A DNA stretch of 64,000 nucleotides from Macrostomum lignano (lineage: Eukaryota), in contig NIVC01000613.1 in the NCBI GenBank assembly GCA_002269645.1, forward strand, positions 62,001 through 126,000, given 5' to 3'. This document shows, piece after piece, positions 38,690 to 50,585 of this stretch. Below the pieces are notes generated by a model, which did no database searches, had not been told where the DNA came from, and saw nothing but the letters and a program-made list of their open reading frames with translations. A program made the position numbers and the translations under genes. Within the stretch, counting starts at the first letter, position 1, and each line of letters begins with the position of its first letter.

Positions 38690-39490
38690 AATCTTCACCA
38701 GCCCGAATCTTCACCAACCCGAATCTTCACCAACCCGAATCTTCACTAATCTGAATTTCACCAACCCGAATCTTCATCAACCCGAATATTCACCAACCCG
38801 AATCTTCACCAACCCGAATCTTCAATAACCTGAATCTTCACTAACCCGAATCTTCACCAACCCGAATCTTCACCAACCCGAATCTTCACCAACCCAAATC
38901 TTCACTAACTTGAATCTTTACCAACCCGAATCTTCACTAACCTGAATCTTCACTAACCTGAATCTTCACCAACCCGAATCTTCACCAACCCAAATATTCA
39001 CCAACTCGAATCTTCACCAACCCGAATCTTCACCAACCCGAATCTTCACTAACTTGAATCTTTACCAACCCTAATCTTCACTAACCTGAATCTTCACCAA
39101 CCCGAATCTTCACCAACCCAAATATTCGCCAACTCGAATCTTCACCAACCCGAATCTACACCAACCCGAATCTTCACCAACCCGAATCTTCACCAACCCG
39201 AATCTTCACCAACCCGAATCTTCACCAACTCGAATCTTCACCAACCCGAATCTTCACCAACCCGAATCTTCACCAACCCGAATCTTCACCAACCCGAATC
39301 TGCACCAACCCGAATCTTCACCAACCCGAATCTTCACCAACCCGAATCTTCACCAACCCAAATCTTCACTAACTTGAATCTTTACCAACCCTAATCTTCA
39401 CTAACCTGAATCTTCACCAACCCGAATCTTCACCAACCCAAATATTCACCAACTCGAATCTTCACCAACCCGAATCTGCACCAGCCCGAA
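38690..39490. repeat. 16-bp intronic minisatellite (ACCAACCCGAATCTTC)
   Basis: Direct reading. Confidence 0.96.
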
Positions 39491-39825
39491 TAAGCAAACT
39501 TTTACTATCTCATCCTTAAAGTCTTCTAACATCCTCTCGCGCAAACCCGGCCATCGGATGCCGATAAAAAATCCCCAAAAAGTTTTACACTGCCAATCCC
39601 AAGTAGGTGGGAACGCAGGCAGTTGCCTTTGCGAGTCATAAACGAAAGTTATCGTTTATTTCAACACTCGCCACCTGTCAAGATATTGGCAGTTAAGCCA
39701 AGTGCAGCTGCACAGATATTTTTTCAATACAGACAGAGTGTACATTCCTGACCATTAGAAAGTCAAAGTACACCCAGTGTGAGCGGATTTATCCCTGGGA
39801 AATTAACAAGCACAGCTAAACTCAC

Positions 39826-39870
39826 CTGCTCCAGCCAGACATTGGTAGTCAGCACTTGGTTAACCTCATC
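39826..39870 (-). CDS. nAChR-family subunit, first common exon (loop D)
   Basis: 45-nt exon DEVNQVLTTNVWLEQ; TTTTCAG|GAT acceptor, CAG|GTGAGT donor, phase 0. Confidence 0.93.
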
Positions 39871-40249
39871 CTGAAAATTAATCATTTTATTTTCGTAAAG
39901 GATTCTGACAACTGGAAGACTACCAGAAGACAGTAAAAGCCAGGATTCAGTCACGACTATCCCTATGATTTCCCAGAAGACTTGATGCGGATGAAAGATT
40001 TCTTTTAATCTTTTAATCCTGAACTCTTTGATCTATCGGATGCCCCAGAGAATGGTGTCCCCAATTTAGAAGAGCGGCAATGATTAAAAGAATTTCTGCT
40101 AACGAAAACCTTTCCGAGACAAAATTAGCTACTGTATATGTGAATGCGGAGACCGCGAGGAAGACCATGGACTCTTAATTATACTTATAAATCTGGATTG
40201 GAAACTTTTTTGATTCATTTAAAAGATTAGAAAACTGAATTTAGCAGAT

Positions 40250-40560
40250 ATGAGACACAGGAGATGCAGAGGGAGATACAGGAGATGCAGAGGGAGATAC
40301 AGGAGATGCAGAGGGAGATACAGGAGATGCAGAGGGAGATACAGGAGATGCAGAGGGAGATACAGGAGATGCAGAGGGAGACACAGGAGATGCAGAGGGA
40401 GATACAGGAGATACAGAGGGAGATGCAGAGGGAGACACATGAGATGCAGAAGGAGATGTAGAGGATGCGGCAGAGGGAGATTCAGAGGATGAGGCAGAGG
40501 GAGAGGCAGATGAAGACAGAGAGGGAGGCACAGGAGAGGCAGAGGGAGACACAGGAAGGA
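40250..40560. repeat. 21-bp intronic repeat (GAGGGAGATACAGGAGATGCA)
   Basis: Direct reading. Confidence 0.92.
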
Positions 40561-41099
40561 CAGCCAGACACAGTCGGTCCCCGCTCCAGGCCCAATATCG
40601 CAGGCCTCCATGGCTGGCATCAAATCGATTCCAGCCACTGTTGAGTCCCTCAGATTTGCTGCACGAACGGACACAGCTAATTCAAGATAATAGATAAGAG
40701 AGGGTGAAGTGAGAGTCCGCACTCAACCCTACTCTCGCTACACTGTCACACTGCTAGGACGCTAAATTAGACACCCGTCTATCTGCCCAGATCTCCACTG
40801 AGTAAGAGATGTAGAGTGGCTTGTGAGAGGAGGCAGAATCCTCGCATTGCAATTTCAGACTCCGCCGCATCCCTACTTCATCTACTCCATCTTCCTTATC
40901 TATTCTAATAGTTTCTTAAGCTTATTTTGCAGATAATCCAGTGGTTGCTGTTGTTGCCCCGGCATGCGGAGCCTTCTGCTCATCCGGTGTGAGGGCCGAG
41001 AGTTCGCGTCTTCAGCTCATTATTGTGAGCGCAGAAAAGACGCAGCCAAGTGGCATAATCCAGGATGACTAGCTGAGAGGCTGAATGAGAAGCTGAGGG

Positions 41100-41675
41100 A
41101 GATGCAGAGGAGGCAGAGGGGAAGAGGGGGGGCAGAAACAGAGGGGCAGGCAGAGGGGCGGAGGGGCAGGCAGAGGTGCGGAGGGGTAGGCAGAGGTGCG
41201 GAGGGGTAGTCAGAGGGGCGGAGGGCCAGGCAGAGGGGCGGAGGGGCAGGAAGAGGGGCGGAGGGGTAGGCAGAGTGGCGGAGGGGCAGGCAGAGGGGCG
41301 GAGGGGCAGGCAGAGGGGCGGAGGGGCAGGCAGAGGAGCGGAGGGGCAGGCAGAGGGGCGGAGGGTAGGCAGAGGGGCGGAGGGGTAGGCAGAGGGGCGG
41401 AGGGGTAGGCAGAGGGGCGGAGGGGTAGGCAGAGGGGCGGAGGGGTAGGCAGAGGGGCGGAGGGGCAGGCAGAGGGGCGGAGGGGCAGACAGAGGGGCGG
41501 AGGGGCAGACAGAGGGGCGGAGGGGCAGGCAGAGGGGCAGAGGGGCAGACAGAGGGGCGGAGGGCAGGCAGAGGGGCGGAGGGGCAGGCAGAGGGGCGGA
41601 GGGGCAGGCAGAGGGGCGGAGGGCAGGCAGAGGGGCGGAGGGCAGGCAGAGGGGCGGAGGGATAGGCAGAGGGGA
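41100..41675. repeat. 20-bp G-rich intronic minisatellite (AGAGGGGCGGAGGGGCAGGC)
   Basis: Direct reading; starts about 8 nt inside the donor at 41682. Confidence 0.95.
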
Positions 41676-41682
41676 CACTGAC

Positions 41683-41840
41683 CATGTCTGTAATGAGGAT
41701 GAGGGCGAACCCGAATCGCACAGTGACCTGGTCGGAAGCGTTAATGACCGGCCTCACGGAGGGGTCATAGCGGATCATGAGGTTCTCCATGAGCTGCTGC
41801 TCGTCAGGTTTTCGTTTGCCCGTGCCGAGGCGCCTGTCGC
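41683..41840 (-). CDS. nAChR isoform A, exon 2 (N-terminal helix and beta1)
   Basis: Phase-1 acceptor CTCTTCAG|GC; DRRLGTGKRKPDEQQLMENLMIRYDPSVRPVINASDQVTVRFGFALILITDM; phase-0 donor ATG|GTCAGT. Confidence 0.88.
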
Positions 41841-42009
41841 CTGAAGAGCGAATAAGCATTTCTTGTTTTTTTTTGTTTGATTGACAGCCGATGTAGTCTG
41901 ACTGTTTTAATTGATTATTACCTTAATTAAAAGCCGAACATTACACTTTTTGCAGCCTATTCAACACTACAGGCATATTTATTAATTATTGATTAGAAGG
42001 TTTCCAGTG

Positions 42010-42610
42010 AATCACTGAATCCTGAGATGCCGTAGCTGAGTACAGTGACTGAATCCTGAGCTGCCTTAGCTGAGTACAGTGACTGAATCCTGAGATGCCT
42101 TAGCTGAGTACAGTGACTGAATCCTGAGATTCCTTAGCTGAGTACAGTGACTGAATCCTGAGCTGCCTTAGCTGAGTACAGTGACTGAATCCTGAGCTGA
42201 CTTAGCTGAGTACAGTGACTGAATCCTGAGCTGCCTTAGCTGAGTACAGTGACTGAATCCTGAGATGCCGTAGCTGAGTACAGTGACTGAATCCTGAGCT
42301 GCCTTAGCTGAGTACAGTGACTGAATCCTGAGATGCCTTAGCTGAGTACAGTGACTGAATCCTGAGATGCCTTAGCTGAGTACAGTGACTGAATCCTGAG
42401 CTGCCTTAGCTGAGTACAGTGACTGAATCCTGAGCTGCCTTAGCTGAGTACAGTGACTGAATCCTGAGCTGCCTTAGCTGAGTACAGTGACTGAATCCTG
42501 AGCTGCCTTAGCTGAGTACAGTGACTGAATCCTGAGATGCCGTAGCTGAGTACAGTGACTGAATCCTGAGCTGCCTTAGCTGAGTACAGTGACTGAATCC
42601 TGAGATGCCT
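42010..42610. repeat. 34-bp minisatellite (GTGACTGAATCCTGAGCTGCCTTAGCTGAGTACA), about 17 copies
   Basis: Direct reading. Confidence 0.96.
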
Positions 42611-42803
42611 TCTACAAAACCAGTTCCGCCCAAGCTACAAGAGAACCAATTAAGAGATTAAGGAAATTCCGCCAGGGTTTCCATACGACTCCTGAAGCCT
42701 TTATTCAATCAGCTTTTTAGTTTGATGCCCGGAAAGCAGAAAATCTGCAACTCGATGTCCAGACTCCATGACGGCAGCGACTTTGCCCAATGGCGATGCT
42801 CAC

Positions 42804-43022
42804 CAACTGGGATATCTGCACCATCGCAATCTGGAACCGGACTTCCAGCGTTGCCGACGCATCAATGGTGGGCCTGGATGCCGGCTCGTAGTCTGTGAGC
42901 AGGTGGGTGAGCAGCCGCTGCTCATCTGTGACCGCAGCCGACGGCTCTGTTGTCGAACTGGCCACCAAAGAAGAGTCAAGAAGACCAGCAAACAGGCAGA
43001 CTATGACGCTCAGATGTGGCAT
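42804..43022 (-). CDS. nAChR isoform B, alternative first exon (signal peptide, N-terminal helix and beta1)
   Basis: MPHLSVIVCLFAGLLDSSLVA (signal-like) ... DEQRLLTHLLTDYEPASRPTIDASATLEVRFQIAMVQISQL; phase-0 donor TTG|GTGAGC. Confidence 0.85.
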
Positions 43023-43078
43023 TCTTTAGCTTAGAGTGAAATTTCCCGACTTTCTTTTACAACCTCTGTTTGTCCGCT

Positions 43079-43114
43079 CTTATATATAGAAGAAGATCTA
43101 TTTGGACACACGTG
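43079..43114 (-). promoter_or_regulatory. Candidate promoter of isoform B: TATA box and E-box
   Basis: TATATATAAG on the minus strand about 60 nt upstream of ATG 43022; CACGTG at 43109-43114 within the palindrome CACACGTGTG. Confidence 0.5.
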
Positions 43115-43469
43115 TGCCAAGCTGGCTACTTATATGAGTAGAAGGCAGTGTCTAGAGGTCATTTTTTACTATAAAATTTAGAAGTTCTTGAAGAGGATTA
43201 ATGGGAAAAATCAATGAATAAAATCTACGAAATCTCAAGTCCACTTGACTCGAAGCTGTAATGTTCATGTCCAAAATCACTTGGCCGATGTCTGTCTGTC
43301 TGTCTTTTCTATTTGAACTGGCTATAGAGTCTTGAAGATGTGAAAGCTGAACTTGAGTCTGTCAATCATAATCTGATGGAATCACCGCTTTAGGAAATCT
43401 CCCTGCCTGATCTTCTGCAGAGCCATTCGTGACTTACTGGGGAAAATTATGGTAAGGGGGAAATGCTCA

Positions 43470-43880
43470 CCCGAAACTGTGCATCACAAACTGCACATCA
43501 GAAACTGCGCATCACAAGCTGCACATCACAAACTACACATCACAAACTGCACATCACAAACTACACATCACAAACTGCACATCACAAACTGCATATCACA
43601 AGCTGCACATCTCAAACTGCACATCTCAAACTGCACATCTCAAACTGCACATCACAAACTGCACGTCACAAACTGCACATCACAAACTGCAAATCTCAAA
43701 CTGCACATCACAAACTGCACGTCACAAACTGCACATCACAAACTGCACATCACAAACTGCACATCACAAGCTGCAGATCTCAAACTGCACACCACAAACT
43801 GCGCATCACAAACTGCACATCACAAACGGCACATCACAAACTGCACATCACAAGCTGCACATCACAAACTGCACATCACC
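43470..43880. repeat. 14-bp minisatellite (CATCACAAACTGCA)
   Basis: Direct reading. Confidence 0.94.
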
Positions 43881-44032
43881 TAAATTGGAATATCTAAATT
43901 AAAATTTTACATTGCATTGTTATGTTTCGATTATATAATTTACAAAGCTATTATAGAGTCTTTCTAGGAAAATACGCCGAATTTAACGGGTATTAAAGCA
44001 AGAATTTGATAAAATACATTTGAATAACTCAC

Positions 44033-44147
44033 TAGAATTTGTAGTATCAGTAGTGGAGCAGAAGATCGCATTGCAGAAAACAATAATAATGGACAAATTA
44101 ATTACTAAAAGTATAGAGAACTTATTCAAGCACCAGTGAGGTACCAT
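44033..44147 (-). CDS. nAChR isoform A, exon 1 (signal peptide)
   Basis: MVPHWCLNKFSILLVINLSIIIVFCNAIFCSTTDTTNS, followed by a perfect phase-1 donor A|GTGAGT that matches the phase-1 acceptor at 41841. Confidence 0.75.
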
Positions 44148-44699
44148 GGTGCTCAGCCTTAGGCCATTGATTGCTCCGAAAAGTCTCAAGTCAAACCTGG
44201 CATTTCGCCTTGACTCTCGAGAGCTTGTAGAGCTATAAAAAGGGATTTTTTGGTCAGCCAATCAACAGACACACTGCCCCGTGCAGATTTGCGAGCTCTC
44301 TACCTTCAGTCAGTCAGTCTTATGAAATGAAACTCCAGATCTTAATCCCCCCGGAAAAACCTTGGGGCTAGAGGGCCAACTGGGCGCACCTGTCAGCAAG
44401 TTCCCCCCCCCCCGCTTCCTTGAAGTATTGAGCTATACGGGAAGTCTTGAATAAGTGCAGCTTATAGTCTTCAAGAGAAGTCTCGAACTCTCTGCTCTGA
44501 GAAAGATCCTGCTTAGTTAAGTTAGGTATTCTTCCTGAGTGTGGATTTTTGTCATGCTCTTCGTCTGAGCAATGTTTGCACACTTCTAAGCATTTCTCTT
44601 CTAGAGAAGACAGGTCATGCTATGCTACCTACATGTACGAGTATGTGTTTCAATGCACATGTGCATGGTTAAGAAAGCAAAAATGCAGATTTAATTTCA

Positions 44700-45240
44700 T
44701 TGAAATCATTGTCTATGGCTCACACAATTTCTATGGCTCTGAAATGATTGTCTATGGCTCTAAAATGATTGTCTATGGCTCTGAAATCATTGTCTATGGC
44801 TCTGATATGATTGTCTATGGCTCTGATATGATTGTCTATGGCTCTGATATGATTGTCTATGGCTCTGATATGATTGTCTATGGCTCTGAAATCATTGTCT
44901 ATGGCTCTGAAATCATTGTCTATGGCTTCGAAATCATTGTCTATGGCTCTGAAATGATTGTCTATGGCTCTGAAATCATTGTCTATGGCTCTGAAATCAT
45001 TGTCTATGGCTCTGAAATCATTGTCTATGGCTCTGAAATCATTGTCTATGGCTCTGAAATGATTGTCTATGGCTCTGAAATGATTGTCTATGGCTCTGAA
45101 ATCATTTTCTATGGCTCTGAAATGATTGTCTATGGCTCTGAAATGATTGTCTATGGCTCTGAAATCATTTTCTATGGCTCTGAAATGATTGTCTATGGCT
45201 CTGAAATGATTGTCTATGGCTCTGAAATCATTTTCTATGA
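44700..45240. repeat. 21-bp minisatellite (TCTATGGCTCTGAAATCATTG), about 25 copies
   Basis: Direct reading. Confidence 0.96.
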
Positions 45241-45599
45241 CGCCGAAACAACAACGTTAAAAATATCAAGCTTTTTCCCAGTCGGTCAAAAACTATTTTT
45301 ATAGCGACTTCGAACAGTCAAGTTGAATTCAAGTGGTTCCATGTCTCATCCGCGTTCTCCCCCATTTCATCAAACCAAGTGCCGCTGAACACTCGACTCC
45401 AGTCCGTTTCGAACGGATCTGAAGCACAGCAAGCAGCGGTTAAGGCGAAAAGTACATTGAAGAAGCAGCGATGGCGGCTTTAATAGCAAAGTGCTTTCTC
45501 CCTCAGATAGACAGGTGCTATTTAATGGAAATATACAAGCGTACGTTCTTTGCACTTTATTATAATGACCGAATGTCCGCTTCTGTAATCTCGTAGTGA

Positions 45600-45643
45600 C
45601 TGTCTTTGTCTGTCCGTCTGTCTGTCTGTCTTAGTGTCTTAGT

Positions 45644-45677
<34 letters not shown>

Positions 45678-45687
45678 CTGTCTGTCG

Positions 45688-45751
<64 letters not shown>

Positions 45752-45754
45752 TAG

Positions 45755-45809
<55 letters not shown>

Positions 45810-45819
45810 CTGTCTGTCG

Positions 45820-45902
<83 letters not shown>

Positions 45903-45920
45903 CGGCTGTCTGCCTGCCTG
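45600..45920. repeat. (TCTG)n microsatellite
   Basis: Direct reading. Confidence 0.97.
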
Positions 45921-46638
45921 CCCATCTAACTCAGGGATCACTCAGCCCAACTGTCAGTAATCAGAGTCGGTTCGGCCTAAATTCCAGGCAAAGTTTTGGC
46001 CGGGAGACTTAACGAACAGAGCACGCCACAGGCGGTCCCCAACTCTTGCTTGCTCTTGCATTTATCCCATTCTGTCGAGCCAAACTTTGCCGGTCAGCGC
46101 CCCAGCTCCCCTCCCAGTCTCCCTTCATCTCTCCCGTTTAACTAAGTAAGTAAGAAGTCGAAATCAAATAGTTTTATCCCATTCTCCCTCCTAAAGTAAA
46201 TTGCGTTACGGCTCATGCTATTCCGCCCTGTTAGCTACAGAAAAAAATAAACTAAAAGATACAAAGAAGCGCGCTTTGGACTGCTCAGAGTTGCTTTTAG
46301 AAGACAAGATTAATGATGTATAGCGAAATGCTATTTTGCCTGGAGTGCAAATGCATGAAATGCTTTTAATGCGGTTGCAATGTTACTGCTGATTGCAAAA
46401 TAAAAAAAGGCTTGATCTAGATGACATTGGAATTTCGGGACTGTGTTATTAGTGACCTGTCTGTGGGTTTCTGAATGGACTGAAGAGCATCACCTGATTG
46501 AAAAACGTTGTAATAGTTCAACTCTATTGTCTACCAGTGTAATACATTAGCATTTTTTTATCTTTCATCATTCGTTTACAGCTTCCATTGAGTATAATCC
46601 TAATTCAGGGAGGGAGGTACATGAACAATGTCTGGACT

Positions 46639-47366
46639 CAGGGGCGTCACCATGGATTTTATGGTGGGGGGACAAAGCCAGGAATTCTACATGTACGTGT
46701 AAATGACCAAATTCCTACATGTACATTACTTTTAGAATCGATTTTGTCAGCGCTCATTTTAGCACCGCAGACACTCATTTTGGCGCCGCAGGCACTCATT
46801 TTGGCGCCGCAGGCACTCATTTTTGCACCGCAGACACTCATTTTGGCGCTGCAGGCACTCATTATTGCACCGCATGCACTCATTTTTGCACCGCAGACAC
46901 TTATTTTGGCGCCGCAGGTACTCATTTTGGCGCCGCAGGCACTCATTTTGGCGCCGCAGGCACTCATTTTGGCGCCACAGACACATATTTTGGCGCCGCA
47001 GGCACTCATTTTAGCACCGCAGACACTCATTTTAGCGTCGCAGGCACTTATTTTGGCGCCGCAGGCACTCATTTTGGCGCCGCAGACACTCATTTTGGCG
47101 CCGCAGGCACTCATTTCGGCGCTGCAGACACTCATTTCGGCGCTGCAGGCACTTATTTTGGCGCCGCAGGCACTCATTTTAGCGCCGCAGGCACTCATTT
47201 TATAATAGTGCCGCAGGCGCTATATTTTGTCGCCGTGAAGCAAAATTATTGATTTTCATAACGGGTAACAAGGTGGGGTAGGGGGGGACAAAGCATTGGC
47301 ATGTCCCCCCATAGATTTCACTGGGGGGACATGTCCCACTGCCCCCTCCCAGTGACGACGCCCCTG
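46639..47366. mobile_element. hAT-type non-autonomous element (MITE) with an internal 21-bp minisatellite (TTTTGGCGCCGCAGGCACTCA, about 46750-47230)
   Basis: TIRs CAGGGGCGTC ... GACGCCCCTG. Flanking 8-mers TCTGGACT / TCTGCTCT match at 6 of 8 positions. Subterminal GGGGGGACAAAGC occurs near both ends, with GGGGACATGTCCC palindromes. Confidence 0.72.
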
Positions 47367-48059
47367 TCTGCTCTGATGTTTTTCATAATGTGCTTGATAT
47401 GAGCTGCAACGCCTGCAATGGTGTTACACTTTAAAGTAATGTTAGCTTTATATCAGAGAAATTCAGAATGCAAAATGCAGTAGCAGTTCATTTTTGTATT
47501 CCACACCTTTTTGGGCGGCCACAATCGCGCTTAAATAACTTATGAATTTGGAAGCAGTTCAAATAAAAGCGCTGACTTATATAGCGCATTATTAACTGCT
47601 CATGCTCAGGTTAACAGGCAAGCAGGTCGGTCGAGGTTAATTTGGTATGCAATATTTGCGGTTGGCAAACGCATTTCATATTTTTCTTTTATTATTTGCA
47701 TGAACTGGAAAAACGATTTTGTATATATAATAATTGTTCAACCAACTATGAAAATCGGCGCAGTAAGGCATTTTAGTCAACCAGAAGCTTACGGTGCAAC
47801 CCATATCTGATATAGTTATCAATATACATGCAATTTCTATATTACAAACCGACTGCTACATCATAAATCACTCACATCGTGAGGGCGTGCCGCAATAGAC
47901 TGTGGGGAAAATATTGTAATTATCTTGTCGTTTTCTGTCTCTCCACTCAAAAGCACTGCCTGCGCTTCTCTGGGCCTCTGCAATATCATTTTTGCTAATC
48001 TCGTGTCAGCGTGATATTATCTTTTTGTTTTATCAGATCAGGTCTTGCAGTTGTAACTC

Positions 48060-49230
48060 TATCACATTTGAGGCTCATCTACACCAAATCTAGTCCAAAC
48101 ACATCTAGTTTCATCTACACCACATCTAGTCTTATCTCCACCACATCTAGTCTTATCTCCATCACATCTAGTCTCATCTACACCACGTACATCGAGTCTT
48201 ATCTCTAACAAATCTAGTCTTATCTCCAGCACATCTAGTCTTATCTCCATTACATCTAGTCTTATCTCTATCACATCTAGTCTTATCTCTACCACATCTA
48301 GTCTTATCTCCATCACATCTAGTCTCATCTACACCACGTACATCGAGTCTTATCTCTACCAAATCTAGTCTTACCTCCACCACATCTAGTCTTATCTCCA
48401 TTACATCTTGTCTAATCTCTATCACATCTAGTCTTATCTCTACCACATCTAGTCTCATCTACACCAAATCTAGTCTTATCTCCAGCACATCTAGTCATCT
48501 ACGCCACATCTAGTCTTATCTCCACCACATCTAGTCACATCTACACCACATCTATTCTTATCTACATCACATCTAGTCTTATCTCTATCACATCTAGTCC
48601 TATCTCCACCACATCTAGTCTTATCACCACCATATCTAGTCTTATCACCACCATATCTAGTCTTATCTCCTTCACATCTAGTCCTATCTCCACCACATCT
48701 AGTCTTATCACCACCACATCTAGTCTTATCTCCATCATATATAGTCTTATCTCCATCACATCTAGTCTCATCTACACCATATCTAGTTTCATCTACACCA
48801 CATCTAGTCTTATCTCCATTACATCTAGTCTTATCTCTATCACATCTAGTCTTATCTCTACCACATCTAGTCTCATCTACACCAAATCTAGTCTTATCTC
48901 CAGCACATCTAGTCATCTACGCCACATCTAGTCTTATCTCCACCACATCTAGTCTCATCTACACCACACCTATTCTTATCTACATCACATCTAGTCTTAT
49001 CTCCATCACATCTAGTCCTATCTCCACCACATCTAGTCTTATCACCACCATATCTAGTCTTATCTCCATCATATATAGTCTTATCTCCATCACATCTAGT
49101 CTCATCCTCACCACATCCAGTCTCATTCTCATCACGTCAAGTCTCGTCCCCTTCGCGCCTATTCTCACTCCAATGACATCTACAGTTTCAACTCTAACCT
49201 ACATCTAGTCTCATCTCCACCACATCTAGT
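48060..49230. repeat. 21-bp degenerate minisatellite (CATCTAGTCTTATCTCCACCA)
   Basis: Direct reading. Confidence 0.94.
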
Positions 49231-49880
49231 CTCAGCTTCATCCTGTATACTAAAATCACATTTATAATGATAGATTTCTCTGTATTACAACTAGATAGGC
49301 TGTCTCTTGTGAAGGTGGCATAAAGTACACCCTTCAATAACCGTATCAAAAGATTAAGCCAAAAAAACACAAGCAATAAATGCTTTGAGTCAATATTCAA
49401 TGCACACTTTGCTCAATCTAAAGGTAGAATATATCACATTAGATCAAGAAATGCAATGACTATATTATTAAAAGTATAAAATGTTTATATATTAATAGTA
49501 TAGCTACTAAAAGTAGACAATCACACAGGAGTATTATTGCATACAGTACATGGTGAACCCGAATGCTACATTGCTTAAAATCTAATGGCGGTGACCTTTT
49601 AAAGGCCTTAAAAGGCTAGAAAAATGCCCTAGATATGACCACTGTTGTGATACAGAAAATGTGTAATCTTATAACTGACTAGAAAATAGATTAATATATC
49701 ATGTCAAAAACTTACTTAATAATTTGCGCAGATTTTTTAAAAACGAATGGTCAATAAAAAACAGAACAGAGATAGAAAAAACGGCTCTTTCTACTTCAAT
49801 GTCGGCTTGTGAATTTTTCTCTCTACTCTCGATGGAGGGCGAGGTAAAATGAAATCACTTCGCTTTCCAAGGATCTACAC

Positions 49881-49950
49881 CAGGGTTCGACAAACTTTTT
49901 CAACGTAAGGGCCAGATATAAAATCTAGCGCATGACTGCGGGCCAGAGAG
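49881..49950 (+). mobile_element. hAT/Charlie-like terminal fragment, running into a GA-rich tract (to about 50170)
   Basis: CAGGGTTCGACAAACTTTTTCAACGTAAGGGCCAGATA...GCGGGCCA resembles recalled Charlie/MER58-type ends. Preceded by ATCTACAC, close to the NTCTAGAN target consensus. No matching right end found. Confidence 0.45.
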
Positions 49951-50585
49951 AGGAGAGGAGAGAAGAGAGGAGAGTAGAGATGAGAGGAGAGGGAAGAGAA
50001 GGGAGACGTGGGAGAGGGGAGAGAGGGAATGAGGGGAGAAAGGAGAGAATGAAGAGGAGAGTGGAGAGAGGGAGAGAGGAGGGAAGAGATAGGAGACGGG
50101 AGAGGTGGGGAGAGAGGAGAGAGGCGAGATGAGAGATGAGAGGATAGATGAGCGGAGAGAGGAGACCTGAGAAGAGACAACCCTTGAGTGGGCCAGGTTG
50201 TTATTGTGAAGTTTCATGGACCTAAACAAAGAGCCACTGGAGCTGCGCGAACTCCAAGAAGGTTCAATTAAGTCTGCTTGCTGATTCGGAGTCTTCGTTG
50301 AAGTCAATCGACGTTCAGTGGCACTACTGTTGCCCGTCAATAAGGACCAACCAAGGCAGTTCGAACAACTTTTTTCTTCAAAAATCTCGTAAAAATAAGA
50401 GCTACATGCACGAACCACTGCTGGACAGCAAGTAGCTGACAGAATGTTAACTTGGAGTGAAGCATCTAGGGTAGATAGTATCTGCAGGTGTCCTACTTCA
50501 TTTGTCCATGAAACAGAGGCACTGTAACGTTTGTCTCTTTATATTGTAAATTTAAGTACACAAGTACACAAGTACACACGTGTAG

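Noticed and set aside
44368-44583. 71-aa minus-strand ORF upstream of the receptor signal-peptide exon
   Set aside because: Non-ATG start, no recognisable domain and no compatible splice sites.
45987-46091. 13-bp inverted repeat GGCAAAGTTTTGGC / GCCAAACTTTGCC
   Set aside because: Imperfect, with no TSD and no other evidence of an element or structured RNA.
49900-50480. VRACSSYFYEIF as a BTB-like motif (minus) and YMHEPLLDSK* as a terminal exon (plus)
   Set aside because: Short isolated resemblances, with no supporting exons or domain context.
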